Of a DNA stretch of 64,000 nucleotides, positions 8,901 through 17,831 are shown piece by piece. Made by a program: the position numbers and the translations under genes. The stretch is from Flavobacteriales bacterium (GTDB taxonomy: Bacteria; Bacteroidota; Bacteroidia; Flavobacteriales_F; PHOS-HE28), in assembly GCA_016715995.1 (NCBI GenBank), contig JADJXF010000018.1, forward strand, positions 3,850-67,849, given 5' to 3'. Each line of letters begins with the position of its first letter. The stretch's first letter is position 1. The notes beneath the pieces were generated by a model, which worked only from the letters and a program-made list of their open reading frames with translations, searched no databases and was not told where the DNA came from.

Positions 8901-10520
8901 CACCCACTCGGTCTCGGGGTCGTAGATGAGGTAGCCCTTGTTGTGCATGTCGATGAGCAAGGGCACCACGGCGGTCTTCTGCATCTTGCTGAAAATGGCG
9001 AACTCCTGCGCGTAGAAGCGGCCGCTATTCTGCTTGCTGAAATCGTTCAGGCGCGAGAGCGGATGCACGTTGTCGATGCCGAGCATGCCCATGTAGCGCT
9101 TCTCGCGGAAGTAGTCGAAGCTCTCGAAGCTGGCCTTGTTCTGGCTGGTGCCGCTGAGGTTGCCGATCTGCACCAGCGGGTCGCCCTGCTTCCAGGTGAG
9201 CACCTCGAAGTACATGTCCACCTGGTGATAGGTGTTGTAGAAGGGTGCCTTGCCGAGGCCCTGGTCCTTCTTGATCAGCGAGAGCGTCCGCTTGTCGCGC
9301 AAGAAGCGCAAACTCGTGCTCTGGTGGTGGATGGAGTCCTGGTCGAGCCGCACGCGCACGGCCACCTCATCGCTGGTGATGCGCTCCGGCTCGATGCTGT
9401 AGCGCAGTCCGCTGGTGATGATGAAGGGGCGCTTGTCGCGGTAGAAGGTGAGGTACGCCGGCTCCTCCTTGGTGCCGTAGCCCTGCAACTTGGCGCCTTG
9501 CATGCTGAAGCCGCCCTCGAAGTCGATGCCCTCCACGATCTCGCGGATGCGCATGCGGCGGTCGTAGCTCTCGAAGCGCGGGTAGCTGGCGCTGCCCTCG
9601 TCCACATTGGCCAGCAGCTTGTCGCTGAGCTTGCCCAGCATCGTCTTGGGGAAATAGGGGTCGTTGAACTGCACGGTGTCCACCTCGAAGGCGGCGCTCT
9701 TCATGCGCACGCTGTACGGATGGTCCCATTCGGCATAGGTGGCCGTGGGCTTGAGTCCGGCGCGCTCCCACGTGACCCTGCCACCGTTGCCCTGCCACAG
9801 CTCCGTGGTGGGCAGGAAGGTGCCGCTGGTGTTGAGGATCACCGCGCTGTCGCCCTTGGCCATGCACACGAGGTCGGTCTTCGCGAAGTGGATCTTCGGG
9901 ATGCTGTCGAAGGCGAAGGTGAAGCCCTTGCTCCGCGCTTTCCATGTGGTGCTGGGACTCTTCACCAGTGCGCCCTCGCGGAAGAGGTTCGCGCAGGTGG
10001 TGATGAAGGCCTGCACGTTCTGCTTGCGCGTGCCCTGCACCAGCTTCTCCATGCCCTGCAGCCATGCGTCGAACTCCGCGGCGCCGCGGCCGGTGATGGG
10101 GAAGGCCGCCACGCAGTCGAGGTAGTCACGGAATCCGGGGAAGGCATCGAAGCGCTTCTTCAGCATGAAGTTGGCCACCTCCACCACGCGCACGCGTTGG
10201 CGCTCCGTGTAGTAGGTGCCGTTCCACGCCGGCGCGAAGACCTGCTCCACGAAGGGACGCGCCTCCTTCTTGTCGGCCTCGGTGAGGAAGGCGGTGATCT
10301 CCTGCAGGAAGAGGGCCTGGTCGGAGGAGAAGGGCTTCTGCTGTGAGTACCCACTCAGGTTGAACAACAGCAACACCAGAAAAGCCATTGGCCTCAGGCT
10401 GCTGGCTGCTGGCTTGATACACTTTCGATTCAATCGAAACGCACGACCGCGTATCAAGCCAGCAGCCAGCGGCCAATGGCCAGGAGCCCGCGCGTCAGCC
10501 CGTGGGTGGTTCGTATTCAT
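5964..10520 (-). CDS. Very large (~1518 aa) exported beta-rich hypothetical protein
   Basis: Long ORF with typical codon usage and a hydrophobic signal-like stretch FLVLLLFNLSGYSQ. The ATG at 10520 overlaps the prmA stop (ATGA). No family recognised. Confidence 0.8.
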   Translation of the reverse strand: MNTNHPRADARAPGHWPLAAGLIRGRAFRLNRKCIKPAASSLRPMAFLVLLLFNLSGYSQQKPFSSDQALFLQEITAFLTEADKKEARPFVEQVFAPAWNGTYYTERQRVRVVEVANFMLKKRFDAFPGFRDYLDCVAAFPITGRGAAEFDAWLQGMEKLVQGTRKQNVQAFITTCANLFREGALVKSPSTTWKARSKGFTFAFDSIPKIHFAKTDLVCMAKGDSAVILNTSGTFLPTTELWQGNGGRVTWERAGLKPTATYAEWDHPYSVRMKSAAFEVDTVQFNDPYFPKTMLGKLSDKLLANVDEGSASYPRFESYDRRMRIREIVEGIDFEGGFSMQGAKLQGYGTKEEPAYLTFYRDKRPFIITSGLRYSIEPERITSDEVAVRVRLDQDSIHHQSTSLRFLRDKRTLSLIKKDQGLGKAPFYNTYHQVDMYFEVLTWKQGDPLVQIGNLSGTSQNKASFESFDYFREKRYMGMLGIDNVHPLSRLNDFSKQNSGRFYAQEFAIFSKMQKTAVVPLLIDMHNKGYLIYDPETEWVEVAPRLRQHILNNAGKQDYDAIQFNSTVDDNVNATLNLLNNDLTMRGVATILMSDSQDVRIYPAEKTITIKKNRDFTFAGSIKAGRLQYYGKEYYFHYEPFTIDLINVDSVSFMATSFEPNDQGQHTLVRVKNVLEQVSGNLVIDAPSNKSGRQQKEYPQYPIFNSTRESYVYYDKKGIQRGAYGRDRFYYRSDPFQIDSLDNFSNAGLTFTGTLVSAGIFPDIKEPLGLQPDYALGFVRPTGDGGMPLYGRKAKFTSTIALNSRGLQGNGDLEYLTTRLSSKQLIFTPDSTLGRADTLENLASTKPSKVPHITAGDVFVRMEPAKDVLRTEQLRKPLVMYDDQALLHGRTDLTPTGMTGAGLIDFRNATLKSKLFQFETMQLHADTSDFRLTEGDTASIAFKTDNVNATVKLDERVGEFVSNGSETKVEFPVNQYICYMDRFKWYMDQGDIALESDRKAAEGADDLQLSGSNFISIRPDQDSLHFMAPKARYDLKKHLITADEVQYIQVADALITPDSMRLRIRKNAVMDPLERTVITANFVTKFHRIYNATTNIKAKRNYTATGTIDYTDENNRKLPISLFSIGVDTAYQTRAVGRIAPEQDFQLSPAFDFFGDVHLTASIKELTFTGSTRIQHGCEGLARNWMRFESPIDPLEVFIPVGDTLFDEQGARIGAGIHLTDEDPFGTYGTFLSRTRSADDRNIITARGLLFYDKGRKEYVISNKDKIRQRNLPGALVSLAVEPCVVMADGPIAFGVDLGRVRISQVGAMRYETAEKKTFGNGVLVADFHFLDNALERMATEILAYPDQQALDIGKTFYEKFMREALGLERSDKLISELSIKGEIKKLPDELIKPIVLGDVKMRWDGPEQSWVSDGPIGIATILKKPVYRMVKGKVHIERKRSGDIMTLFLQLDDQSWYFFQYSRDFLYAYSSDQQFNTMLSEVKDDKRKLSAGKDEADYQYILTNKKKVDDFRDRFGL
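10384..10480. repeat. 97-bp palindromic element built from GGCTGCT heptamers
   Basis: Left arm GCCATTGGCC-TCAGGCT-GCTGGCTGCTGGCTTGATAC; right arm GTATCAAGCCAGCAGCCAGC-GGCCAATGGC (20 + 10 bp perfect pairing). The loop contains TTTCGATT-C-AATCGAAA. Confidence 0.85.
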
Positions 10521-11371
10521 GGTTTCCTGCATCCGAGCAACGCCCATTCCCCTTCATGCAAACGCTCCGCAAGCTCCAGGCCGCATTCCTTGGCGCGCTG
10601 GGCCAGCATGTGGCGGTCGCCAGGCACGAAGCCGCTCAGGAAGAGGGCTCCGCCGGGGTTCAGTGCTGCGCTCATCAGCGGCATGGCTTCCAGCAGGACG
10701 TTGCGTTCGATGTTGGCCAAAATTGCGTCGAAGCGCAGGCCGGCCAACGCGGTTGCATCCCCCTTTTCCACACGGACGACGGAACAACCGTTGAGCCCGC
10801 AGTTGTGCAGCGCATTGCCCACCGCGCCGGGGTCGTTGTCGATGGCGAGCACCGCACGCGCGCTTAGGCGTTCCGCGAGGATGGCGAGGACGCCTGTGCC
10901 GCAACCGAGGTCGCACACATGCTTCCCTTTCCAATCGAGCGCGAGCATGGCCTGCACCATCATGCGCGTGGTGGCATGGTGGCCCGTGCCGAAGGCCATG
11001 CGCGGGGTGATGATGAGCTCGTGCGCGAATCCGGGCCTGCTCGCATGGAAGTCGGCGCGGATGCGGACTTGTCCTTCCACCTCCACGGGCTGAAAACTGC
11101 TCTCCCATTCCGCGTTCCAATTGCGGTCCGCGATCTCCTCGGCCTCGTAGGTGATGGCGGCGTGCGGATCGCGCAGCGAGAGGAGCTTGCGCAGTGCGTT
11201 CTCATCATACCGGTCGCTGCGGATCCAGGCCTTCAGCTCACCGCTCGCGCCCTTGGGATCGGTGAAGCCCTCCTCGAAGCTCTCGAAGCCGATGTCGGCC
11301 AGTTCCACCATGAGCAGGTCGCGCCAGGGATCCGGTGGGGAGATGAGGAAGGTGAGTTGGGTGTGGGGCAA
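10517..11371 (-). CDS. prmA: 50S ribosomal protein L11 methyltransferase
   Basis: PRMAFGTGHHATT, DLGCGTGVLAI and ILANIERN. Probable TTG start at 11371; the track's upstream extension is repeat-derived. Confidence 0.93.
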   Translation of the reverse strand: MPHTQLTFLISPPDPWRDLLMVELADIGFESFEEGFTDPKGASGELKAWIRSDRYDENALRKLLSLRDPHAAITYEAEEIADRNWNAEWESSFQPVEVEGQVRIRADFHASRPGFAHELIITPRMAFGTGHHATTRMMVQAMLALDWKGKHVCDLGCGTGVLAILAERLSARAVLAIDNDPGAVGNALHNCGLNGCSVVRVEKGDATALAGLRFDAILANIERNVLLEAMPLMSAALNPGGALFLSGFVPGDRHMLAQRAKECGLELAERLHEGEWALLGCRKP

Positions 11372-11379
11372 GGAAGGTG

Positions 11380-11428
11380 GGCAGTTGGCAGTAGGCAGTT
11401 GGCAGTAGGCAGTTGGCAGTAGGCAGTT
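11380..11428. repeat. Heptamer tandem array (GGCAGTT/GGCAGTA) x7
   Basis: Seven perfect alternating heptamers between the four-helix-bundle stop and the prmA start. Confidence 0.95.
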
Positions 11429-11440
11429 GACCAAAGCTGG

Positions 11441-11824
11441 TTAGGCTCGACGGTTTTCCACAGCTCCATATTTGGCGGGGTGCTGGATCATGTCAGCGAG
11501 CAGTTTACCAACCTCTTCCGAATGGCTGACTATCGGTACGATGTCCGCTTGCGCGACATACTCGCATGCGACCGCGTGGTCGAGCCAAACCTGTGTTTCG
11601 GCATTCTCGCCATCAGCGTCCACCATCTTGGCGATGAACGAAAGCGGGTAGCGTCGTTTTCGGTAGCCTTCAGCGATTTGGGCCGTGACAGAACGCGACG
11701 AGCGGCGTACCTGATCCGTCAGGGAGTAGGTCTCCTCCTTCGGAAATCGCTTCGATAGCCGGAAGACCATCTTCGACATGTCGAAGGCTTTTCTGTAGAC
11801 CACCAGATCCTTGAAGCCGCCCAT
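11441..11824 (-). CDS. Four helix bundle protein (TIGR02436 / 23S rRNA-IVS family)
   Basis: FKDLVVYRKAF...FPKEETYSLTDQVRRSSRSVTAQIAEGYRKR...DADGENAETQVWLD. Confidence 0.92.
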   Translation of the reverse strand: MGGFKDLVVYRKAFDMSKMVFRLSKRFPKEETYSLTDQVRRSSRSVTAQIAEGYRKRRYPLSFIAKMVDADGENAETQVWLDHAVACEYVAQADIVPIVSHSEEVGKLLADMIQHPAKYGAVENRRA

Positions 11825-11866
11825 GGTGCGTGGGGTTTGAAGTTGGTTGTGGGAAGTTTAGGGGTC

Positions 11867-11975
11867 GGCAGTTAGCAGTAGGCAGTTAGCAGTAGGCAGT
11901 GAGCAGTTGGCAGTTAGCAGTTGGCAGATGTCGGTGACCTCACTGCCAACTGCCTACTGTCTACTGCCTACTTGC
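11867..11975. repeat. Heptamer array x9 (11867-11929) plus inverted array x4-5 (11941-11975), forming a hairpin
   Basis: RGCAGTW x9, an 11-nt loop, then (A/T/C)ACTGCC units. The tpiA stop codon lies inside the inverted tract. Confidence 0.92.
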
Positions 11976-12730
11976 GCCGCGCCAGCAATCCTCACCAATT
12001 CCAAGAATTGCTCAACCACGAGGGACGCCCCGCCGATCAATCCGCCGTTCACATCGGCTTGAGCGAAGAGGCCCTCGGCGTTCCCAGGGTTGCAGCTGCC
12101 GCCGTAGAGGATGGGCACGCGCTCAGCCACCGAAGCGCCATGCGTGTGGAGCAACGCGCGGATGTGCGCATGCATCTCCTGCGCTTGTTCCTTGCTTGCG
12201 GTAAGCCCCGTGCCGATGGCCCACACCGGCTCGTAGGCGATCACGATGCGCTCGAGCTCGGGGTTACTGAAGCGGCCCAAGGCGCCTTTCATCTGTTCGG
12301 TGACCACATCGAAGTGGTGGCCGCCCTCCCGCTCCTCCTTCTGCTCGCCGCAGCAAAAGATGGGTGTGAGGCCCTGTGCCAGCAGCGCGGCCGCTTTCTC
12401 GCCGATGAGCTTGTCCGACTCACCGGAATACTGCCGCCGCTCGCTGTGCCCCACGATGCACGCCTTCACACCGATGCTCTTCAGCATGACCGCGCTCACT
12501 TCACCGGTGTATGCGCCTTTCTCGTGGTGGTGGCAGTTCTGGGCAGCCACGATGATGCGTGCGCCCGTGCAGCGTTTCACCGCCATCTCCAAAAAGGGAA
12601 ACGGCGGCGCGATCACCACCTCCACGCCTTCCGGGAACGCGGCCGCCTCCTTCACCAGCCCCTCCACCAGCGCTTCCGCGCTCGCGAGGTCCGTGTTCAT
12701 CTTCCAATTGCCGGCAACGATCGTTCGCAT
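11954..12730 (-). CDS. tpiA: Triose-phosphate isomerase
   Basis: AGNWKMN, GHSERR, AYEPVWAIGTG and GGLIGGASL. Confidence 0.97.
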   Translation of the reverse strand: MRTIVAGNWKMNTDLASAEALVEGLVKEAAAFPEGVEVVIAPPFPFLEMAVKRCTGARIIVAAQNCHHHEKGAYTGEVSAVMLKSIGVKACIVGHSERRQYSGESDKLIGEKAAALLAQGLTPIFCCGEQKEEREGGHHFDVVTEQMKGALGRFSNPELERIVIAYEPVWAIGTGLTASKEQAQEMHAHIRALLHTHGASVAERVPILYGGSCNPGNAEGLFAQADVNGGLIGGASLVVEQFLELVRIAGAAQVGSRQ

Positions 12731-12927
12731 GTGATTCATCCCGCTCTGCGGGCAAAGATGGGCTGCCGGTGCGGATCAAGCGCGCCGATGGCTTCGCGCC
12801 TTGTCCGGGCGCCATGGCCTCATCATCGACGATGAGCATCCGCATAAGCGCGACTCGGGTGTACTGAATGCAGCGCCTGGGGGCAGTGACAGACCTCATG
12901 AGGCGCCTGGGGCCTACATTCGATGCA

Positions 12928-15447
12928 ATGCCCGCCAACCCGTTCCACTTCTCGGGTCTTACCGATGCCGAGGTGGCTGCGTCCAAGGCACGCCATGGGC
13001 CCAATGCGATCGCGGATCGGAACGGAGGTGGTTTCTGGCCGGCCCTGAAAGGCGCCGTGGCCGAACCGATGTTCGTGCTGCTCCTAATCACGAGCATCAT
13101 CTATTTCGTGCTGGGTCAGCATGCGGAGGCGAGCTTCATGGCGGGGGCGATCGCGCTGGTGGCTGCGATCTCCATCTATCAGGATTCGCGCAGCCGGAAC
13201 GCCTTGGTCGCACTGCGGACGCTGAGCGAGCCCCAGGCCACCGTGGTGCGGAACAATGCGGTGGTGAATGTCCCGGTGGAGGAGGTCGTTGTCGGTGATC
13301 ATGCGGTGGCCAAAGAGGGCACCCTGCTGGCCGCCGACGGCGTGATCCTGCAGAGCAATGACTTCAGCGTGAACGAATCCATCCTTACGGGGGAAGCGTT
13401 CGCTGTGGCGCGCAGCGCTGATGATCCGGACCTGGCCCGGGTGAGCAAGGGCACCCAGGTTGTTTCGGGCCTCGCGCTCTATCGCGTCACCGCGGTGGGC
13501 AAGGGCACGCAGCTCGGGAAGATCAGCACCTCGCTGAAGGAGATTGATGTGCAGGCCACGCCCTTGCAGAAGCAGATCACGCGCTTCGTCCGCAACATGG
13601 CGCTCGTGGGCATCATCGTGTTCGTGCTGGTCTGGGCCATCTCGTTCGCGCGCAGCGGGTCGTTGCTTGGCAGCTTGCTCACCGGCCTCACGCTCGCCAT
13701 GTCCATTCTCACGGAAGAGATCCCTGTGGCCTTCACCACCTTCCTCGCCCTCGGCGCATGGCGGCTGGCCCGACTCGGCGTCATCGTGAAACGCCCGACA
13801 ACGGTGGAAACGCTCGGTTCGGCCACCGTGATCTGCACGGACAAGACCGGCACCATCACCGAGAACCGGATGGCCCTCGCGCAACTGTTCGTTCAGGTCA
13901 GCGGGCGCACGCTGCTCGCTGATGGCTGGACCGCTCCGGAAGCACGCCACCTAATCGAAACAGCGATGTGGGCCAGCGAACCCGTGCCCTTCGACCCCAT
14001 GGAGACGGCGCTGCACAAGGCCTACGCGACCACCACGGAATACGATGCGCGAGCGGACTTCCACATGGTGCACGAGTATCCGCTGAGCGGCAAGCCGCCG
14101 ATGATGACGCACATCTTCGCCAACACCGCCGGTGAGCGCATCATCGCGTGCAAAGGCGCGCCCGAGCGGGTGCTACGGCAGTCCACGTTGAGCGATGCGG
14201 AACAACAGTCGGCACTGACGCAGGTGGAGGCGCTCGCAAGCCAGGGCTTGCGCGTGTTGGGCGTGGCCGAGGTCCATTACCGAGAGCGGGCGTACCCAAA
14301 GGACCAGGAGGAATTCACCCTCAATTTCCTTGGCCTCGTCGCTTTCATTGATCCGCCCAAGGCAAACATCGCCGCGGTGTTCCAGCAGTTCTATCAAGCG
14401 GGCATCCAGGTCAAGATCATCACCGGCGACAATGCGCTCACCACAGCGGCCATCGCCGGGCAGACCGGCTTCAAGGGCTCCGACCGCACGCTGAACGGAG
14501 AGGAGCTGATGAAGCTGGATGATGCCCAACTGCGCGCCATGGTGAAGGACATCCACATCTACACGCGCATGTTCCCGGAGGCCAAGCTGCGCATCATCAA
14601 CGCGCTGCAGGCCGAAGGGCACGTGGTGGCGATGACCGGTGATGGGGTGAACGACGGACCTGCCTTGAAGGCCGCGCACATCGGCGTCGCCATGGGAAAA
14701 CGGGGCAGCGAACTCGCCAAGGAGGCCGCATCGCTCGTTCTCACCAACGATGATCTGGGTGCCATGGTGGATGCCGTGGCCATGGGCCGGAAGATCTACG
14801 GCAACCTGAAGAAGGCGATCCAGTACATCATCTCCATCCACATCCCCATCATTCTCACGGTCTCGCTGCCTTTGTTCCTGGGGTGGGCGTACCCCAGCAT
14901 ATTCACGCCCCTGCACGTCATCTTCCTGGAACTGATCATGGGCCCTACATGCAGCATCGTGTATGAGAACGAGCCCTTGGAAAAGGATGGCATGCTGCGC
15001 CCGCCGCGTCCCCTGAGCCTCACGTTCCTTTCCTGGAAGGAGCTCTCGATGAGCATCTGGCAGGGCTTGGTGATCGCAATTGGCACGCTCGGCGCCTACC
15101 GGTTGGCCGTTTCGCTGGGATATCCTGAGCAACTGGTGCGCACCATGGTCTTCAGCACGCTGGTCGTGGCCAACATCGGCCTCACGCTGGTCAACCGTTC
15201 CTTCACCCGTTCCGCGATCAGCATGCTCGCCAACCGGAACTGGCTGTTGCGCGGCATGCTGCTGCTCACCATCGCCTTGCTGCTCATCCTGTTGTATGTC
15301 CCGCTGTTCCGAGACTTCTTCCGGTTGTCATCCCCTTCCGGAGCGCAGCTCGCGCTCGCCACCGGCATCGGCATGGGTTCGGTGCTCTGGTTCGAAGTCT
15401 ACAAGTGGATCAAGCGGGCTTCCCTCTCCCCACGCGAGGTCGCTTAA
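12928..15447 (+). CDS. Cation-translocating P-type ATPase (P2-type)
   Basis: LTGEA, CTDKTGTITEN, KGAPE, TGDN, MTGDGVNDGPALKAAHIG and about 10 TM helices. An alternative start is at 12868. Confidence 0.92.
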   Translation: MPANPFHFSGLTDAEVAASKARHGPNAIADRNGGGFWPALKGAVAEPMFVLLLITSIIYFVLGQHAEASFMAGAIALVAAISIYQDSRSRNALVALRTLSEPQATVVRNNAVVNVPVEEVVVGDHAVAKEGTLLAADGVILQSNDFSVNESILTGEAFAVARSADDPDLARVSKGTQVVSGLALYRVTAVGKGTQLGKISTSLKEIDVQATPLQKQITRFVRNMALVGIIVFVLVWAISFARSGSLLGSLLTGLTLAMSILTEEIPVAFTTFLALGAWRLARLGVIVKRPTTVETLGSATVICTDKTGTITENRMALAQLFVQVSGRTLLADGWTAPEARHLIETAMWASEPVPFDPMETALHKAYATTTEYDARADFHMVHEYPLSGKPPMMTHIFANTAGERIIACKGAPERVLRQSTLSDAEQQSALTQVEALASQGLRVLGVAEVHYRERAYPKDQEEFTLNFLGLVAFIDPPKANIAAVFQQFYQAGIQVKIITGDNALTTAAIAGQTGFKGSDRTLNGEELMKLDDAQLRAMVKDIHIYTRMFPEAKLRIINALQAEGHVVAMTGDGVNDGPALKAAHIGVAMGKRGSELAKEAASLVLTNDDLGAMVDAVAMGRKIYGNLKKAIQYIISIHIPIILTVSLPLFLGWAYPSIFTPLHVIFLELIMGPTCSIVYENEPLEKDGMLRPPRPLSLTFLSWKELSMSIWQGLVIAIGTLGAYRLAVSLGYPEQLVRTMVFSTLVVANIGLTLVNRSFTRSAISMLANRNWLLRGMLLLTIALLLILLYVPLFRDFFRLSSPSGAQLALATGIGMGSVLWFEVYKWIKRASLSPREVA

Positions 15448-15559
15448 GGATGGATATGGCATGGAGCACGGGCGATCACGTCCGTATGCTGGACGTGCCC
15501 ACATTTGCGTTCCGCACAAGCGCTGCGCGGACCGGCAGCCGCATTCCCCAAATCCGTTC

Positions 15560-15721
15560 TCAGGGTGCTTTGCGGCCCGTCACCAGCCGGTACACCAGCA
15601 GGATCACCGCCACCACGATGAGCACGTGGATCAGGCTGCCCACGGTTTCACGGAACCCGATGAACCCGAGCAGCCAGCCCGCGATGAGCAGCACGATGAT
15701 GATGTTGAGGAGGTTGTTCAT
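15560..15721 (-). CDS. lmo0937 family small membrane protein (53 aa)
   Basis: Not in the ORF track. Manual translation gives MNNLLNIIIVLLIAGWLLGFIGFRETVGSLIHVLIVVAVILLVYRLVTGRKAP. Confidence 0.85.
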   Translation of the reverse strand: MNNLLNIIIVLLIAGWLLGFIGFRETVGSLIHVLIVVAVILLVYRLVTGRKAP

Positions 15722-15769
15722 GTGGAGGCGGGTATTGGTCCGGTGTCAAGATATCATATTACCAGTGGA

Positions 15770-16066
15770 TCAATGCGGACGGTTGCTGGAGGCTTGCGCG
15801 AATAGGTCATCGCTGTCCGGTCGCGGTCCGCCGCCCACGAGCACTTCGAAAATCGCCTTCGCACGACCGAACTCGCGATCGCGCAACAATTCACCCTCTG
15901 CGCCGAAGATCAACACACGGGAGTGGCCCATTTGCATCGCGATCTCGCACATCGTCTCCTCCGCCTCCTGCTGCGTGTTGGCAAGAAAGAACGGCACTCG
16001 GGCATTCTCCCTGCCGCCCTGCCATTGTCCATCAGGCCGGATGGTGACGTTGTAGGTGTGTTGCAT
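15770..16066 (-). CDS. DUF2188 domain protein
   Basis: YNVTIRPDGQWQ...NTQQEAEE...IA...SRVLIFGAEGELLRDREFG pattern. Confidence 0.6.
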   Translation of the reverse strand: MQHTYNVTIRPDGQWQGGRENARVPFFLANTQQEAEETMCEIAMQMGHSRVLIFGAEGELLRDREFGRAKAIFEVLVGGGPRPDSDDLFAQASSNRPH

Positions 16067-16086
16067 GCTGCTCTGATATTGGACCG

Positions 16087-16677
16087 ATGTTGGGCCTGCT
16101 GGAGCGGAGTGCCGCGCTTACCGATGACCAGCGCGCCATCCTCGCCGACCTGCGCAAGGACCATCAGCGGCTGGTGCGCATCGTGAGCGAGCTGCTCGAC
16201 ATGGCGCAGGTGGAGAGCGGCAAGGTGCGCGTGACGCTGAGCGATCATCTCCTCGCCGACATCGTGCGCGATGCAACCGATGCGCTGCACGCCAATGCCG
16301 AGGCCAAGGACATCCGCATCGAAGCGCGCATCCAGCCCGAGGGCGTGCGCGTGCGCGCCGATGGTGAGAAGGCCACATGGGCCCTGATCAACTTGCTGAG
16401 CAACGCGCTGCGCTTCGCGCCAGAGCGCAGCAGCATCACGCTCGCAACGGAAGCAACGGACGGCGGTGTCCTGCTCACCGTCTCTGATTGCGGCCGCGGC
16501 CTCAGCGACGAGCAGCGCGCGCACCTCTTCGAGCGCTTCGCGCCGCATGAGGGGCCGGGCACCGGACTCGGGCTCTCCATCGCCCGTGACCTGATGCGCG
16601 CCATGGGCGGCGACATCGCCTTGCGCGACTCCAGCGCAACGGGCACGTCCTTCACGGTCACGTTCAAGAGCAGATGA
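16087..16677 (+). pseudogene. N-terminally truncated sensor histidine kinase (partial HisKA + HATPase_c)
   Basis: RLVRIVSELLDMAQVESG, N box LINLLSNALRF, G1 VSDCGRG and G2 GTGLGLSIAR are present. There is no H-box or sensor upstream. Confidence 0.7.
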
Positions 16678-16745
16678 ACTGCTGTCTCACCCCTTCTCGG
16701 ATGGCGACCTTAGCGATACCCATTCAATCGCACTTCCGATAGCGC

Positions 16746-17563
16746 TCAGCGCTCCTCCCCCATCCGCGCGCCGCATTTATGGCAGAAGCGCGCGCCCTCC
16801 ACGTGCTCGATTTCCGCGCAGCGTGCGCAGGGCCGCTGCCGCGCGTTGCGCACCTGGCGCCCATCTCCACCGTGACGATGCCCGTGGGGATGGCGATGAT
16901 GGCGTAGCCCAGGATCATGATCACCGAGGCGATGGCCTGGCCCAAGGTGGTCACCGGCGCGATGTCGCCGTAGCCCACGGTGGTGAGGGTGACGATGGCC
17001 CAGTAAATGCTGCGCGGAATGCTGGTGAAGCCTGCATCGTGCGGCTCCACCACGTACATGATGGCGCCGAACACGGTGACGATGGCCAGCACTGCCAGCA
17101 TGAACACGATGATGCGATGGCGGCTGGCCAGTAGGGCCACCAGCAGGAGGCGTGCCTCGCGCACGTAATGCACCATGTTCAGCACGCGGAACACACGCAC
17201 CACCCGCAGCACACGCACCAGCGCCATGGCCTCCGTGCCCGGCACCAGCGCGCTCAGGTAGGTGGGCAGTATGGCCAGCAGGTCCACCACGCCGTAGAAG
17301 CTCGTCACGTAGCGCATGCGGTTGGGCGAGCACCACACGCGCAGCGCGTACTCCACCGAGAAAAGCAGGGTGATGCCCCATTCCGCCCAGCGCAGCGCGC
17401 CGCCAGCCCGCTCGCGCGCCTCGCCCACGCTATCGAGCATCACCAGCGCGCAGCTCAGCAGGATCGCCACCAGCAGCCACACATCGAAGGCGCGCCCCGC
17501 CGGAGTGTCCGAATCGAAGATGACGCGGTGGACGCGTTGGCGAAGGGTGGGCGGGCGGGACAT
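16746..17563 (-). CDS. Ion transporter / voltage-gated K+ channel (1-nt frameshift near 16860)
   Basis: S4 VRVLRVVRVFRVL and filter TTVGYGD. The true C-terminus with CxxC motifs (CARC...FCHKCG) continues in the adjacent frame to the stop at 16746. Confidence 0.88.
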
Positions 17564-17658
17564 GGGCGCCACGAACCTACGGAGGCCGAAGGAGCATCGC
17601 CGCTAGGGCATCTGCGCGGCGTTTCGCCCCATGTGCAGAAATAGGTTCTGGAAGAACG

Positions 17659-17688
17659 AACCGTGAATGAACGGTGATGAACGTGAAT
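17659..17688. repeat. Solo half-copy of the 4119-4310 palindrome family
   Basis: AACCGTGAATGAACGGTGATGAACGTGAAT. Its reverse complement matches the 3' arm of unit 2 at 22 of 24 nt. Confidence 0.7.
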
Positions 17689-17831
17689 CCAACACTGATC
17701 GGCTCACCCGTGATGCAGCCTTGGGCGGAATGTGGGTCCCATCGAGCGAACGAATCGCAGCCTGTGGCACGCACTCCCTCGAAGTCGAGCAACCTGCGGG
17801 ATCTCGAGCAGCACCGATTCGTCTGCCTCCG

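Noticed and set aside
6021-10346. Very long antisense or alternate-frame ORFs (e.g. 6021-10346 +, 4438-5592 +, 1410-2993 +, 58557-60293 -)
   Set aside because: Shadow ORFs of high-GC coding sequence. They lie opposite genes with clear motifs and have no recognisable features of their own.
11441-11824. Four-helix-bundle gene as the Avd of a diversity-generating retroelement
   Set aside because: No reverse transcriptase and no TR/VR pair differing at adenines was seen in the window.
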